A program made the position numbers and the translations under genes. From the NCBI GenBank assembly GCA_950097015.1, contig CATNEN010000005.1:5642001-5706000 (forward strand): 64,000 bases of DNA, read 5' to 3'. Origin of the DNA: Macrostomum hystrix (taxonomy: Eukaryota; Animalia; Platyhelminthes). Position 1 is the first letter of the stretch, and each line of letters starts with the position of its first letter. This document shows, piece after piece, positions 36,331 through 50,126 of the stretch. A model generated the notes under the pieces. That model was not told the DNA's origin, did not search any database, and saw only the letters and a list, made by a program, of their open reading frames with translations.

Positions 36331-36795
36331 TACCTCTCACTCTACCTCTAACACTCCTACTCTACCTCTAACACTCTCACTCTACCTCTAACACTCCTAC
36401 TCTACCTCTAACACTCCTACTCTACCTCTAACACTCTCACTCTACCTCTAACACTCCTACTCTACCTCTAACACTCTCACTCTACCTCTAACACTCCTAC
36501 TCTACCTCTAACACTCCTACTCTACCTCTAACACTCCTACTCTACCTCTAACACTCCTACTCTACCTCTAACACTCTCACTCTACCTCTAACACTCCTAC
36601 TCTACCTCTAACACTCCTACTCTACCTCTAACACTCTCACTCTACCTCTAACACTCTCACTCTACCTCTAACACCCTCACTCTACCTCTAACACTCTCAC
36701 TCTACCTCTAACACTCTCACTCTACCTCTAACACTCTCACTCTACCTCTAACACTCTCACTCTACCTGTAACACTCTCACTCTACCTCTAACCCT
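36331..36795 (+). repeat. 20-bp minisatellite tctacctctaacact(cctac/ctcac)
   Basis: About 23 copies in two variants. Confidence 0.95.
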
Positions 36796-37198
36796 CAATG
36801 AAAATGAAAAATTTTGTCAATAGTTCAGTTTGTGCATTTAGAAGCACATACTCTCGTATCAATAATTTATTATTCCAAAATTATGGCATTTGAATAACGT
36901 TTGATAACTGATTAAAATTATAGGAGATAAAAGCTAGCTATCTAAATGATGAAACGTGATATTTTGCACAAATGAGACTTCATTATATTTTTACAAACTG
37001 ATATATTTCTAACAACATGATAATATGACTACTCGTATTAGTAGTAAGCAAATCAGAGAAATATTTCTACGAACTTGGGTAAAGTCTTCGTATTTACAAT
37101 AGCAAAAACAATTGTGTGGACATTGTTTTCGTTGGGGAGTGTGGATTCTAGAGCCGGATTTGAGTTCAAATTTTTGGTCTAAGTGACGACTCCCCTCG

Positions 37199-39447
37199 CT
37201 ACACAATGCTGTAGTTTAACTCATCTTCGTCGTCGCTGCTATCCTCGAGATGATCATCGTCACGAAGACTGGCCTCTGAGCTGCTAGACGTTGGCCTTGA
37301 TGGTTTAGGCAGCGCATTAATTAACTTGGCCAGACAGCGTTCAATTCTAGCGAATGACGGCCTGTCTTCAGCCCCGAACTTCCAGCAGTCAAACAGCAGA
37401 GTCGAAAACTCGGCCGGACAGTCCAACGCAGGCGACAGTCGTTCTCCGTTTCTCAACCGATGCAGCAGCTCCTTGGCTGATGGAACTTGTGGCGTCGCGA
37501 AGGCACAGAATGGCAGGCAGCGACCGCGATCTAGCAGCTCCCAGCAGGTGATGCCGAAGCTCCAGGCATCGGAGCGACATGTGAATCGACCGTGTTGAAG
37601 AGCTTCCGGCGCGTACCACAGGTGAGTTGGCCTAGGATAACGCGAATGTTCGTGATTTTTTACCTTTACGAGTTTGGTAAAGTTCCGGGTTTGATAAAGT
37701 TCCGGGTTTGATAAAGTTCCGGTTTGATAAAGTTCCGGTTTGATAAAGTTCCGGGTTTGATAAAGTTCCGGGTTTGATAAGGTTCCGTGTTTGATAAAGT
37801 TCCGTGTTTGATAAGGCTCCGTGTTTGATAAAGTTCCGGGTTTGATAAAGTTCCGTGTTTGATAAAGTTCCGGGTTTGATAAGGTTCCCGGTTTGATAAA
37901 GTTCCGGGTTTATAAAATTCCAGCGTTTGTCTAAGTTTCATTTTTTGTTCAGCTTCAGAGATTCTTAACATTTTTTGGTTTTTTAATTCGGTAGTGTTGT
38001 GTAATGATCGATGCTGGCTAGCCGACGTGCAGTCTTTCTCTTTCTCTCTCAGTGCACCTGCCCCCCAGTCCCCCATTGACGCGTACAATGTACATTGCTC
38101 ACTGCACTTGACTAAACAATAATATATATATCGGCTCTCTGCCCATCGCTGGCTTTAAGCGTTTCGTAGCTCGCACACACTCGCCTGGACTTCTAACATA
38201 ACAGGTAGTGTCAAATTATCATTATGGATTACCTGCCATCACTCTTGCATCTGCCGTTTGTCAGGGTTTCGCTATTCCAGCAGCTGCTAGAGTCGCATAG
38301 CCCAAAGTCACCGCTGATTTTGGCCCGCCAAGTCGGAAACAGCAGCACATTGCGAGCTGACAGACAGCGGTGGGCGAGGCCCCGAGACTCCAGGTAGCGC
38401 ATGGCCTGCGACACCTGGTGAGACAGACTCAACAGCTGCTCCACCGGGCACTCCCTGTTGGTGTGGATATACATTTTTGGAATAATTGAGCTGGATCACA
38501 GCTGCAAGTTAAAAAATTATAAGCCTAAAGCTCTCCTTTATTGAATCATAATCTCCATTTCCAGATCCAAATTCTCATCCCAAATCTCAATCTTCATTCC
38601 AGATCCCAATCCTCATGCCAAATTTCAATCCTCATCCCAGATCCCAATCCTCATCCCAGATCCCAATCATCATCCCAGATCTCAATCATCATCCCAGATC
38701 CCAATCCTCATCCCAGATCCCAATCCTCATCCCAGATCCCAATCCTCATCGCAGATCCCAATCCTCATCCCAGATCCCAATTCTCATACTGGATCTCAAT
38801 CCTCATCTCATATCTCAATCCTCATCTCAGATATCAATCCTCATACTGGATCTCAATCCTCATCCAAAATCCCAATCTTAATTCCTAATCCCAATCTTAA
38901 TTCCTAATCCCAATCTTAATTCCTGATCCTAATCTTAACCCCTGATACCAATCTTAATTCCTGATCCCAATATTAATTCCTGATTCGAATCATAATTCCT
39001 GATCCGAATCTTAACCCCTGATCCCAATCTTAATTCCTGATCCCAATCTTAATTCCCGATCCCAATCTTAATTCCTGATCCGAATCTTAATTCCTGATCC
39101 GAATCTTAACCCCTGATACCAATCTTAATTCCTGATCCCAATATTAATTCCTGATCCGAATCTTAATTCCAGATCCCAATTTTCATCCTAAATTCCAATC
39201 TCATCTGCCAAATCCTTCAAAAGCACAGCTGCTACTCACGGATGCTCCCTGAGATATCGGTCGGCCGGTCCCAGGTTCGCGAGTTCCATCAGAAGCAGCA
39301 CCAGCCGGTTGTTCTGTTGTTCATTGCCACATTCGGTAGAGCCGAACAGTTTCAGCAGATGTGGATGCTGCAGACCTTCCACTGATCTCATTGCTGAGTC
39401 CGCGGCTGGTTTAGCAGATTGTGGCAGAACTCTCACAGCCATAGACA

Positions 39448-39491
<44 letters not shown>

Positions 39492-42400
39492 GACTCGGTC
39501 TCAACAGACAAGCATTCCGTCTCGACAGCGCCCCGCCAAACTACCCCAAATCGACCAGCTCCGAGCTGTTCAACAAGACGCAGCTGACGAATTTTGATGC
39601 CGCCTCGATCGTCAACAATGCCAACATCAACCGAGGTGAGCTTGTTGATCACGGCCGAGGCGGCATCTCCCGTGGCCGGCGTGTCATTGGCAATGTCGTC
39701 TAGACGGGTCCATCTCCTAGTGGCAACGTTTGCCTCGGAAGTCATGATCTCAGGAACCTTCATTGCCTGTTGCGTGTGAGTCCGGCGTTTCAAGACTTCG
39801 GCATTGACAGCACCATCTAGAATAGTCGAGTGCCGATTGGGCTTGCGTCGCTGAACAACTGGAGGAGGCGACTGTGAGAGTTCGAGCAGGGCCGGTTGCT
39901 GGCACGATTGCGTTTCCTTTCTCGCAGGTCGGAGTGGCGGGTCTGTTGTCTGTGTTATTGTGCCAGGGGTCGGGTTAGGGAAATTTCTACGAGCTGGTAA
40001 GACGAAATGCGTGCTGATTTAATCCTAAACTGGCGCTAAAAACTGGCGCCAAATTAATCCTAAACTGGCGCCAAATCAATGCTAAACTGGCGCCAAATCA
40101 ATCCTAAACTGGCGCCAAATCAATGCTAAACTGGCGCTTAAATCACGCGCCAAATTAATGCTAAACTAGCGCTTAAATCACGCGCCAAATTAATGCTAAA
40201 CTGGCGCTTAAATCACGCGCCAAATTAATGCTAAACTAGCGCTTAAATCACGCGCCAAATTAATGCTAAACTGGCGCTTAAATCACGCGCCAAATTAGTG
40301 CTAAACTAGCGCTTAAATCACGCGCCAAATTAATGCTAAACTGGCGCTTAAATCACGCACCAAATCAATGCTAAACTGGCGCCAAATTAATCCTAAACTG
40401 GCGCTTAAATCACGCGCCAAATCAATGCTAAACTGGCGCTTAAATCACGCGCCAAATCAATGCTAAACTGGCGCCAAATTAATCCTAAACTAGCGCTTAA
40501 ATCACGCGCCAAATCAATGCTAAACTGGCGCTTAAATCACGCGCCAAATCAATGCTAAACTGGCGCCAAATTAATCCTAAACTGGCGCTTAAATCACGCG
40601 CCAAATCAATGCTAAACTGGCGCTTAAATCACGCGCCAAATCAATGCTAAACTGGCGCCAAATCAATGCTAAACTGGCGCTTAAATCACGCGCCAAATCA
40701 ATGCTAAACTGGCGCTTAAATCACGCGCCAAATTAATGCTAAACTGGCGCTTAAATCACGCGCCAAATCAATGCTAAACTGGCGCTTAAATCACGCGCCA
40801 AATCAATGCTAAACTGGCGCTTAAATCACGCGCCAAATCAATGCTAAACTGGCGCTTAAATCACGCGCCAAATCAATGCTAAACTGGCGCTTAAATCACG
40901 CGCCAAATCAATGCTAAACTGGCGCTTAAATCACGCGCCAAATCAATGCTAAACTGGCGCTTAAATCACGCGCCAAATCAATGCTAAACTGGCGCTTAAA
41001 TCACGCGCCAAATCAATGCTAAACTGGCGCTTAAATCACGCGCTAAATCAATGCTAAACTGGCGCTTAAATCACGCGCCAAATCAATGCTAAACTGGCAG
41101 CAAAAACGTTTTTGAATGTCAGATTACATTTTTAAGGTAGTATTGCTAGATTTGCCCTCAACGCCAGAGAACTTTTCGTGCAACAAAAATACAGATACAC
41201 ATTTGCTGTTTTCTCTGTCTGCAATGACTTGATCTTTCCATAAAAAATTATGCTTTTTCCCTAAGCCCCACACGCAACCCCACATAGAAAAAAATTGTCT
41301 GGCTCCGACTACGGAGGAGCGATGACTCACTGGGTGGAGGGCACTAAACTGACTAATGCAAAGCGTATTAGTACAAGCCTCAGTGTGTTCAGTGTGTCCT
41401 AGCGTAAATACGAAATTTTATATGCCTTGAAGCAGGAAATTCTCTGTTGTTCATTTCGCTAATGCCTGTCTGTCTAATCCAAATGGTTAGAAAACTGAAA
41501 AAAGTTTTTAGGAAAAAACTAAAATATAACACTACGAAATAGAAGAAACTATGCTCTATCCACAGAATTAGCGACCTGTGTGGTCTCGATATAAAATCTG
41601 GATTATCTACTACAACTACAAAAACTACAAGCTTGTGCAATGCTTTTAAAGTTCATAGCTTGAATGCTTAGTCTGTCTGATAGGTTGGCGATATAAATTG
41701 TAAAGCATGAGTCATGCCGGGTATAGAGTGGAATGAAATGGAAATTATTCTGAAGTTAACGCTACATTTGTGACATAAACTTACTAATGTACAATAAATA
41801 TAGCCTACCTTTATGGTCCGATGCAAATAGAATAGTTGTTAGTACAATTACATTTTTTCTATAAGTGCGCAAGTTTCTTAATTGTAATGACTCACAATTT
41901 GTTACAATGAACTAAACTAACAATTTTGCACTGTTAAATTTAAGCGGTAGTGGCGGAATCCAATGTCGACGGACTGGACACTAAGCCTAACAATATCATT
42001 TTGTTGAAAAACTCGTCCCAGAAACTATGGAGAGAAATATTTGTTAGAGATTTCCCGGTAACTAGGGGATTAGTAATAATTTGGCTCGGTTTCTGGTTAA
42101 AGGATCAGTGATAAAATCAAGCGTAAAATATCCCACCCAATGATCCCAATTCAGGAAAGGCAGTTTCCTTCTTATTTTCTTCGAAGGATATGATGGATGG
42201 GACTTGTGTTCTATAGACTATTTTAGTGTGTCAAACATTTTGCCCTCAATATCTATAATACATATGCAGATGCATATAACTATTCTTGTCTAGTCATCTA
42301 TAGCTTATCTTGATGCCGTACAAAATATCCTAGATCAGGGGTGGGCAAACTCCGGCCCGCGGGCCAGATGCGGCCCTCGAAGCTCCCAAATCCGGCCCGA

Positions 42401-45400
42401 TGCCCCTTCTGACATCTACTGTGTCCTGTTTCATCTCTCTCGTGTCTAATATCTCCCGTGTCTCATCGCTCTCGTATCTAATCTCTTCCCTGTCTTATCT
42501 CTCCCGTGTCTAATCTCTCCCGTGTCTCATCGCTCTCGTATCTAATCTCTCCCGTGTCTAATCTCTCCCGTGTCTAATCTCTCCCGTGTCTAATCTCTCC
42601 CGTGTCTAATCTCTCCCGTGTCTAATCTCTCCCGTGTCTCATCTCTCTCGTGTCCCATCTTTCCTGTGTCTCATCTCTCCCGTGTCTCATCTCTCCCCTA
42701 TCTCATATTTATACAGTCAATGCGGCCCGCTGTCATCTTTTAGGCTCTCTCTTTTGCCCGCCAGCAAATAAGTTTGCCCACCCCTGTCCTAGATTATGCA
42801 ATCTGAAGTGTTTGAAGGGCTGAATTAAGGTTGCTTGTTCACATACTAATCTGAATATAAGCATTGCATGCGGTTGATAACTTGATAACTTGATAAACAC
42901 CGGCATTTTGTACAAAAGAACAATTTTGCTCTTAAAGCTTTTTACAAATGTTTAATTCAAATGTCAAAAACAGAAAATCAGGAACTGGAATGTGACACTT
43001 TAGTTTTATGGATGTGCAATTTGTTTTTAGTTTCCATTGAATTTAGATTCAGAAAAAGCAGGAATCTGGTTATGGGCTTGACTTTGGAACTTTGTAACAG
43101 GGATTGCGATACTAAGTTTTGTTGATGACATGAAAACTGAAATCTAGGAACTGAGGATGGTATAAGGTAAGAAATAAGGTAAGGTAAATCGGATTAGGGA
43201 TTCGGAAGAGGAAACAGAAATTAGTTAGATCGGATTAACGATTTGGATGGAAATTAGGATTAGTTGAATGGGATCAGGTATTTGGATTAGGAAACTGGAA
43301 TTAAATAAATGGGATCAGGGTTTCGGATTTGGAAACTCGGATTAGTTGAATGGGATCAGGGATTTGGATTAGGAAACTGGGATTACTTAAATGGGATCAG
43401 GGATTTGGATTTGGAAACTGGGATTAAATAAATGGGATCAGGGTTTCGGATTTGGAAACTGGGATTAGTTAAATGGGATCAGGGATTCGGATTAGGAAAC
43501 TGGGATTAGTTGAATGGAATCAGGGATTTGGATGAGGAAACTGGGATTAGTTGAATGGAATCAGGGATTTGGATGAGGAAACTGGGATTACTTAAATGGG
43601 ATCAGGGATTTGGATTTGGAAACTGGGATTAAATAAATGGGATCAGGGTTTCGGATTTGGAAACTGGGATTAGTTAAATGGGATCAGGAATTCGGATTAG
43701 GAAACTGGGATTAGTTGAATAGAATCAGGGATTTGGATGAGGAAACTGGGATTAGTTGAATGGGATCAGGGACTCGGATTGAGAAACTGGGATTACTGAG
43801 AAACTGAGATACCGTACGCAGGCAAAAACTCACACAGGTGTGTATATCTGAACTGACTTTCTGTGCATTGGAGGTTGGCCCTCAAGGGTGTAAATTGCAC
43901 GACAAGCCCCCAAGCCTTCTCTTGCGCCCCAAATGAATGTGGCCTCGCCGCGGAATCGAGCTCTGGGACCTTGGTGCGAGAGGCAAACGCGCTAGGCCGC
44001 TCTGCCACTCACACCCCCCTGGTTCCAAAGCATTTGCTGGGGTAGAAATTAAAGGTTTGGTATGGCGAACGACCCAGTCCATGGACTAAATAGCTGTACA
44101 CAGTTTTAAGATTAAGCGCCAGTCTGCAAGATCTAACATCTGACCCAAACAGACTAGGTGTATTTTCTATGAAAATATTGGCCTCTGAAATGTCTGTTCA
44201 GTCATCCTGAATAATCCCATGTATTTTTTTATAACAGATAATATATTGGATTGCATTCAACTATTTGCTAGGAGTAAAAACGAGGTTTTAATAAGGTTTA
44301 ACAAGGTTTAATAATATTGTATAATAATGTGTATGCAACTGCCACTTGAACGGATATTCTATATTCGCAAGATTAATTGTACCAAGGTCAAGTGCCTAGG
44401 AAGCTGCAGATGCTGTTTTGCACACATTGGGGTCACATAATGCGGGATTCTATGCTGCAATCTCTGGTCTCAGTTTATAGGGGGCAGAACTGCAATTATT
44501 GGAGATATCATATTTTACCTAGAATCAATTGCTAGCTACTGATTACGCATACAAATTTTTTTGTTGTTATGACAAAAGCAATTATAACAGTAGCTGCCTA
44601 TTCATTCAGATTTCATCAAATCATGCTGTTTTCATTTTTGTAGTTTGTTTATTTTGAGTAACCACGAAGGCTGCGTACGGCTGTTCAGTCCATGGACTGG
44701 GGGGACGCCACGCCCACCCTCAATAAATCCCAGCTGGTGCTGATACCCATTTAACAGCTGGGTGAACTGAAGCAATACAGATTTAAGTGTCTTTCTAGAG
44801 CCCGACCTTCAATCACGAGGAACAAACAATACCACAATGCAATCGAAAGCAATCGATACAAGCGCATAATTAAAAAAGAAAATGAACACGGACCATTGAG
44901 AAATTTGAAACAATTGACTAAAAATTGTGTTTCATTTATGCATTTTCAGTTTCGTTAGGTCATTTAATTCACTTCGGTGACCCAAATTTTCAATCATATT
45001 ACTGATCAAGTCTCAAAACATAACTTCGTGACTTTTTAATGACCTTTTTCAATGCCACCTTAAACTTGTCACACACTGAATCTAGGCAAATTTTAGACCA
45101 GGGGTTGGCAAACTCCGGCCCGCTGGCCAGATGCGCACTCGAAGCTCCTAAATCCGGCCCGTTGCCCCTTCCGACACCTACAGTATCCTGTTTCATTTTC
45201 CCCTGTCTCATCTATCCTCAGTCTCATCTATCCCGTGACTCATCTCTCCCGTGTCTCGACTCTCCCGTGTCTCATCTCTCCCGTGTCTCATCTCTCCCAT
45301 GTCTCAACTCTCCCGTGTCTCATCTCTCCCGTGTCTCATCTCTCCTCGTGTCTCAACTCTCCCGTGTCTCATCTCTCCTCGTGTCTCAACTCTCCCGTGT

Positions 45401-48330
45401 CTCGACTCTCCCTTGTCTCATCTCTCCCGTGTCTCATCTCTCCCTTGTCTCATCTCTCCCGTGACTCATCTCTCCAGTGTCTAATCTCTCCCATGTCTCA
45501 ACTCTCCCGTGTCTCATCTCTCCCGTGACTCATCTCTCCCGTGTCTCATCTCTCCCGTGTCTCATCTCTCCCGTGTCTTATCTCTCCCCTATTTCATATT
45601 TCTACAGTCAACGCGGCCCGCTGCCATCTTTTAGGTTCTCTCTTTGGCCCGCTAGCTAACAATTTTGCTGACTTCTATGTTAGACACAAGCTTCATTTAG
45701 TAGCTTCAATGCGGTATTAAAAATAAAGCAAAAATATTTCTTAGCTAGCCGATCGAAACTGAGTGACAACCTCAGAAACCTGACATCGCCGCTTCACCGC
45801 GCCGTCAAGAAAAGGAGCAGCGATGCTGAGAGAAATCGCAAATCAAGACTTTGCAACCTAAAACGGAAGTGCGAAAGAATGGTTTGAGAGACAGTTAAGA
45901 GTTTAAAGGGAAGGGTGAGAGACGGTGTGAGGCCTTTACTGTTAGAAGAATTGAGTAAAGAATAAGAGAAAAAAGAAAGAATACGGATTGGCAGATCCAA
46001 TTTTCTAGTCAGTGCATTTGTTAATTCAGTTTTTCGACTAGTTTTGACACAAAAGATATGGCGCCATAATCTGTCAAAACACTGCAAGTGTTTTCTATGG
46101 GTTGTACTCCTTGAATCTTTTTGTAAAACGCAGCGTGGAGACTAAAGTAGATTATTTTAGTGTCAAGTGTAAGGTCATACAAAACGACAAAGCCAGCTTT
46201 CTGAGGTTCAAGAAAGTTTCATAAAACTAGCATGAAACTAGCAAGTTTTGCCCCCTCCCTACGGGGAGCACATATGATTATCTTGAATTCCTTAAGGTTT
46301 CACAAGTTTGGGTTCTATTTTTCAGCCACAAAATAAGTAACTAAACAATACGCTTAAAATCAGAAAAGTTCCCATACCCACTCGAGGAGACGATTCCGCT
46401 GAGTCCTGAGCACACACAGATACCACAGATACCGTATGAACATCTGCATGACTTTCTCATCGTCAGGCAGTGTACACCTTAAGTGCGTGAATCGCACGAC
46501 AAGCCCCCAAGCTTTATCTCCGCGGTTGCGCAAAAAATGAATGTGGCCTAGCCACGGAATCGAACTCAGGGACCTCGGTGCGAGAGGCAAACGGCTCTGA
46601 CACCCACGCCCAGGTCCAGTGCGTAGGGAGGTTGTAGATCAGTAGTCAGAGCTTTTGAAATCTCAATGAGAAGTCAGGAGTTCGAATCTTTGCCGACGGA
46701 AAGCAAGTTTGTGTATTTAAGAGAGGCCCAGCTATAAAAATTGTACTAGCATCAGGATTAGGGAATGCAGAACTTTGGGTTAGTGCATACAGCCTTTAAA
46801 AACGATGTGCAATAGCTGCGGCTGTGCCACTGCCTTTAAATGAAGCATAACTGACGTACTGGCTTAGTGTATTTTTTATCTAATGCTATCGGTATATCTA
46901 GTAAGCAGTTTTTCCTTGCTTACTTGCAAAGTGAGGTTGTGACATTATAAACTCACCTCGACACCGCTGAGGAACGCCCAATCTGCGCTAGCCTTCGTTT
47001 TGATCTTCGGTGTCTCGCAAGCGACATCAGCGACTGCTGACGCGACGCTTGCCGGCACAGCACGGCGCAGACGACAGACCAGGCCGTCTCGACGCAGGTG
47101 ATAATGATCGATCAGTTCGATCAGTGAGGCAAAGCCGCGATCCGCGCCTTCAATAGCTAGCCAGTCGATCCTACGGCGCCAGGACACGATGCGGTAGTGC
47201 CAGGGCTCTCGACGCCAGCTAATAGTCAGAACATAATCTGGCGAAGCGGTTGGCGAAGCGTCCACAGAGCGGCAGCGAACTAGAAAATCCCCCGACGCGT
47301 GGCCTCCTAAAGCTAGGCGTTGCTCTGCGTCGCTTCGATTTTGACAGTCCTCGTGAAACCAAGGTCTAGCGCGATGCAGATTGCGCAGAATGCCACTGTC
47401 AATGTTTCTGACGCTGTCTTTAAGGCTTTTAGGCGATGGATAGGACGACGCCATGCTGAGCCTAGACAGCTCATCCGCTGTGACGCCTTGAGCAAGCGCT
47501 AGTGGCGAACTTCCAGCAGGTCTAGGACACGGCAGTCTAGCGTGTCTTGCCAGCGTTGGATGGCCGCGAAGTAGTTCTACAGGACCGGGATAGATTCCAG
47601 CACTGTCACCGTTGTCGCCTTCTAGACAATAGCCACCGTTTTGGTTTGGGTTGCGAACAATCTGTCGATGCGTTATGGCACCGCCACGATGCAAGATGCT
47701 TACGGCGAACTCGTCATCGGGACACGAGCGCAACAGGAAGACACCATCTGGCTTTTCGTAGTCATGCTCCTGGTAGCAGGATGTCGTAATTGTCATGAGA
47801 AGCCGCTCTTCAGCTAACTCTGGAGTTAAAAGACCGTGAAAGTAGGCCTGACTGGCCGGGTCGATGGGGTGCAGGCTGACGCAATCACTGCTTCTCTTGC
47901 TCGGAGACTCTAGCTTGGACAGGTGCTGACAACTGCGCCTAGAATGATGGTCCTGATTGTGATCGCCATGACAATGATGCTGGCGATGCTGCTCTTGACA
48001 ATGATGTCGAATAAGATGCTGGTTCACTTGGAAGCACGAGTTCCCATGCTGGCAGTGCTGCAGCATAGGCTGATGGCTATGTCGATTGTGTTGCTGCTGC
48101 ATCGCCAGCAGCACAGACGGCTGACTGCAGTGGTGTGTAAGTCGCTCCTGACGACAATCCTTCTGTTGATCTCTGCTAAGTTGGTCCTGAGACTTCAGAC
48201 GGCGCTGCTGAACGTAAGCGTTACCGGCCACAGTTCTAGCAGCCTTGTCGTGAAGATCAGCAACTTCTTCGCGAGCCACTGACATCGAACAGGGGTCGCA
48301 TTGTGCGCGATCATTACTGTTGAACTTCAT
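37199..48330 (-). CDS. Tandem-SH2 tyrosine kinase-like gene (Syk/ZAP-70 architecture), probable pseudokinase
   Basis: Exon ~48330-46957 has two SH2 domains (YFHG...FLLR; WFHE...GDFLVR...LIDHY). Kinase exons ~39993-39240, 38454-38233 and 37631-37199 join in phase: LGAGRFGVV, HRCLSARN, DFG, WYAPE, SDAWSFG, CW...RPSF. The join between SH2 and kinase exons is unresolved. Confidence 0.8.
37678..37915 (+). repeat. ~17-bp intronic minisatellite ttgataaagttccgggt
   Basis: Direct reading. Confidence 0.9.
38560..39180 (+). repeat. 19-bp intronic minisatellite, two subtypes (cccaatcctcatcccagat then cccaatcttaattcctgat)
   Basis: Direct reading. Confidence 0.9.
39449..39490 (-). repeat. (CAG)14 coding polyQ in the kinase N-lobe
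   Basis: 14 pure CTG units on the + strand. Confidence 0.95.
40020..41098 (+). repeat. 35-bp satellite with a 22-bp sub-variant
   Basis: aatcaatgctaaactggcgcttaaatcacgcgcca repeated. Confidence 0.95.
42336..42786. mobile_element. hAT-family MITE with internal minisatellite
   Basis: TIR CAGGGGTGGGCAAACT; exact 8-bp TSD tcctagat. Confidence 0.93.
43230..43795 (+). repeat. ~41-bp minisatellite
   Basis: gggatcagggatttggattaggaaactgggattagttgaat variants. Confidence 0.9.
43800..44019 (-). mobile_element. tRNA-derived SINE
   Basis: A-box TGGCAGAGCGG and B-box-like GCTCGATTCC; second copy near 46440-46611. Confidence 0.7.
45099..45677. mobile_element. hAT MITE, second and more decayed copy
   Basis: CAGGGGTTGGCAAACT start, degenerate right TIR, TSD ttttagac/tgttagac (7/8). 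Confidence 0.85.
46440..46611 (-). mobile_element. tRNA-derived SINE, second copy
   Basis: Shares cgacaagcccccaagc...atgaatgtggcct...ggaatcga...ggtgcgagaggcaaacg with the first copy. Confidence 0.65.
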
Positions 48331-49149
48331 GTTAACAAAGATTGCACAGAGATTCAAAGCAATTTAGACGACTCCGCATTTGGATTCCGTTGTAAATGTC
48401 GCGCATTTAACATCAGATGAACAAAGGTTTAGGACAGTTTGCTGACAAACGCGCCACCGTTTTTATATTATTAAAGACTATTTTTCAACAGACCAAAGAA
48501 GCTTACAAGAAGTTTGCCTACCCAACGCAATTTCGAATTTGGAAATGCCAGGCTAAAAAACACAAGCGGCGTGTGCAGACGGAGAGAATATTATTAACTG
48601 GCGCAATTTCGAAACAGGGCCCACACACAAGCAGGCAGTCTGCAGGATTGGCTTCACAAGCTGCGTGTGCAAGCCTGGTTTGAAACGCAGGTCGAATCGC
48701 GGTGGTGGGGAAGGGGGAGCTGCGCAGTGGAAAAAATTTTTATGGCTGGAGGTGGCCACGGTATTAAACTCCTCAGCTCCAACGCTAAACTGCTTCTCTA
48801 TCCATGCTTGAAGCCGCAGCAGCGACGCCATTGGCTGCAATCAAGGAAAGTAAAAATAGGCAGAGGGAGAGGGTAGGGGATAGGGGGGCAGAGCAGTAGA
48901 TTGTAAGTAAAAAATTGGGCCAACCATTCCACCAGTTTGACGATGCGGAGTAGCACGATTTCTGTTTTACTAGAAATTCAATGCCGATTTTTTAAAGCCA
49001 TATCTCACAGCTGATCAAATGGCGTTACCACAGTACCAGTACTGTGGTACGAGTACGACAACTGCTTCTGTCATTGAGAGCTTTTACTGTGAGCTAGATG
49101 CCAATCCATTTCGGCTTTGAGTGGGCGGACAGAGAGATGGGTAGATAGA

Positions 49150-49575
49150 TGAGAGATGGTAGACTTAGACGAGAGGGTAAAGAGGAGAGGGTAGACAGAC
49201 AGGAGAGGTTAGACAAGCAGGATAGGGTAAACAGGGAGGAGAGGGTAAACAGGGAGGAGAGGGTAGACAGGCAGGAGAGGGTAGACAGGGAGGAGAGGGT
49301 AGACAGGGAGGAGAGGGTAGACAGACAGGAGAGGGTAGACAGGGAGGAGAGGGTAGACAGGGAGGAGAGGGTAGACAGGCAGGAGAGGGTAGAAATGCAG
49401 GAGAGGGTAGACAGGGAGGAGAGGGTAGACAGGGAGGAGAGGGTAGACAGGGAGGATAGGGTAGACAGGGAGGAGAGGGTAGACATGCAGGAGAGGGTAG
49501 ACAGGGAGGAGAGGGTAGACAGGGAGGAGAGGGTAGACAGGGAGGAGAGGGTAGACAGGGCGGAGAGGGTAGAGA
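49150..49575 (+). repeat. 18-bp minisatellite gagagggtagacagggag
   Basis: Direct reading; it explains the four spurious ORFs here. Confidence 0.95.
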
Positions 49576-50126
49576 GGAGAGGAGTCGGAGGAGATACACA
49601 GGAGATTGCGTTTCGTGAGGACAGGAATTGAGTTTCGTTTAGATTCAAACAATATTGAAGACTTTAAAAACGAAATAATGAACCCAATTTATTAATTACA
49701 CATAAAAAGTTTTGGTAAAGGACAGAACAAGTGAACATTTTTTCTTTGCCTAAAGATATATTTAGTCTCAAAAGTATTTTCTGGAAAGCATTATTAAGTT
49801 ACTATTTACAGTAGAAACACTCGATTAGCGAAACACTATACAGATAGAATAAAAAATACTTTTTAACAATACTCTTTTCATACTACTCACGAGCGTCTAT
49901 GTAAGACGTAAGCAAGGTGTAATGGAAAAAAATACAAGGAACGACACAAATACTGGCTTTTACTAGTAAACTAAATGCATAAATACTAACAGCAGTTAAT
50001 TATTATTTCCCATAGCAACCATAAGGGACAATCTGGTCATCATTTACTATTTTATAGATAGACTATTTTGTCATTATTTCGAGCCTCAACAATCGGTCAT
50101 TGTTTTGCAGCTGAACCATAATTGAT

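Noticed and set aside
33251-49652. Long repetitive ORFs at 33251-34231, 34928-35548, 38541-38888, 45039-45659 and 49094-49652
   Set aside because: Artefacts of stop-free tandem repeats.
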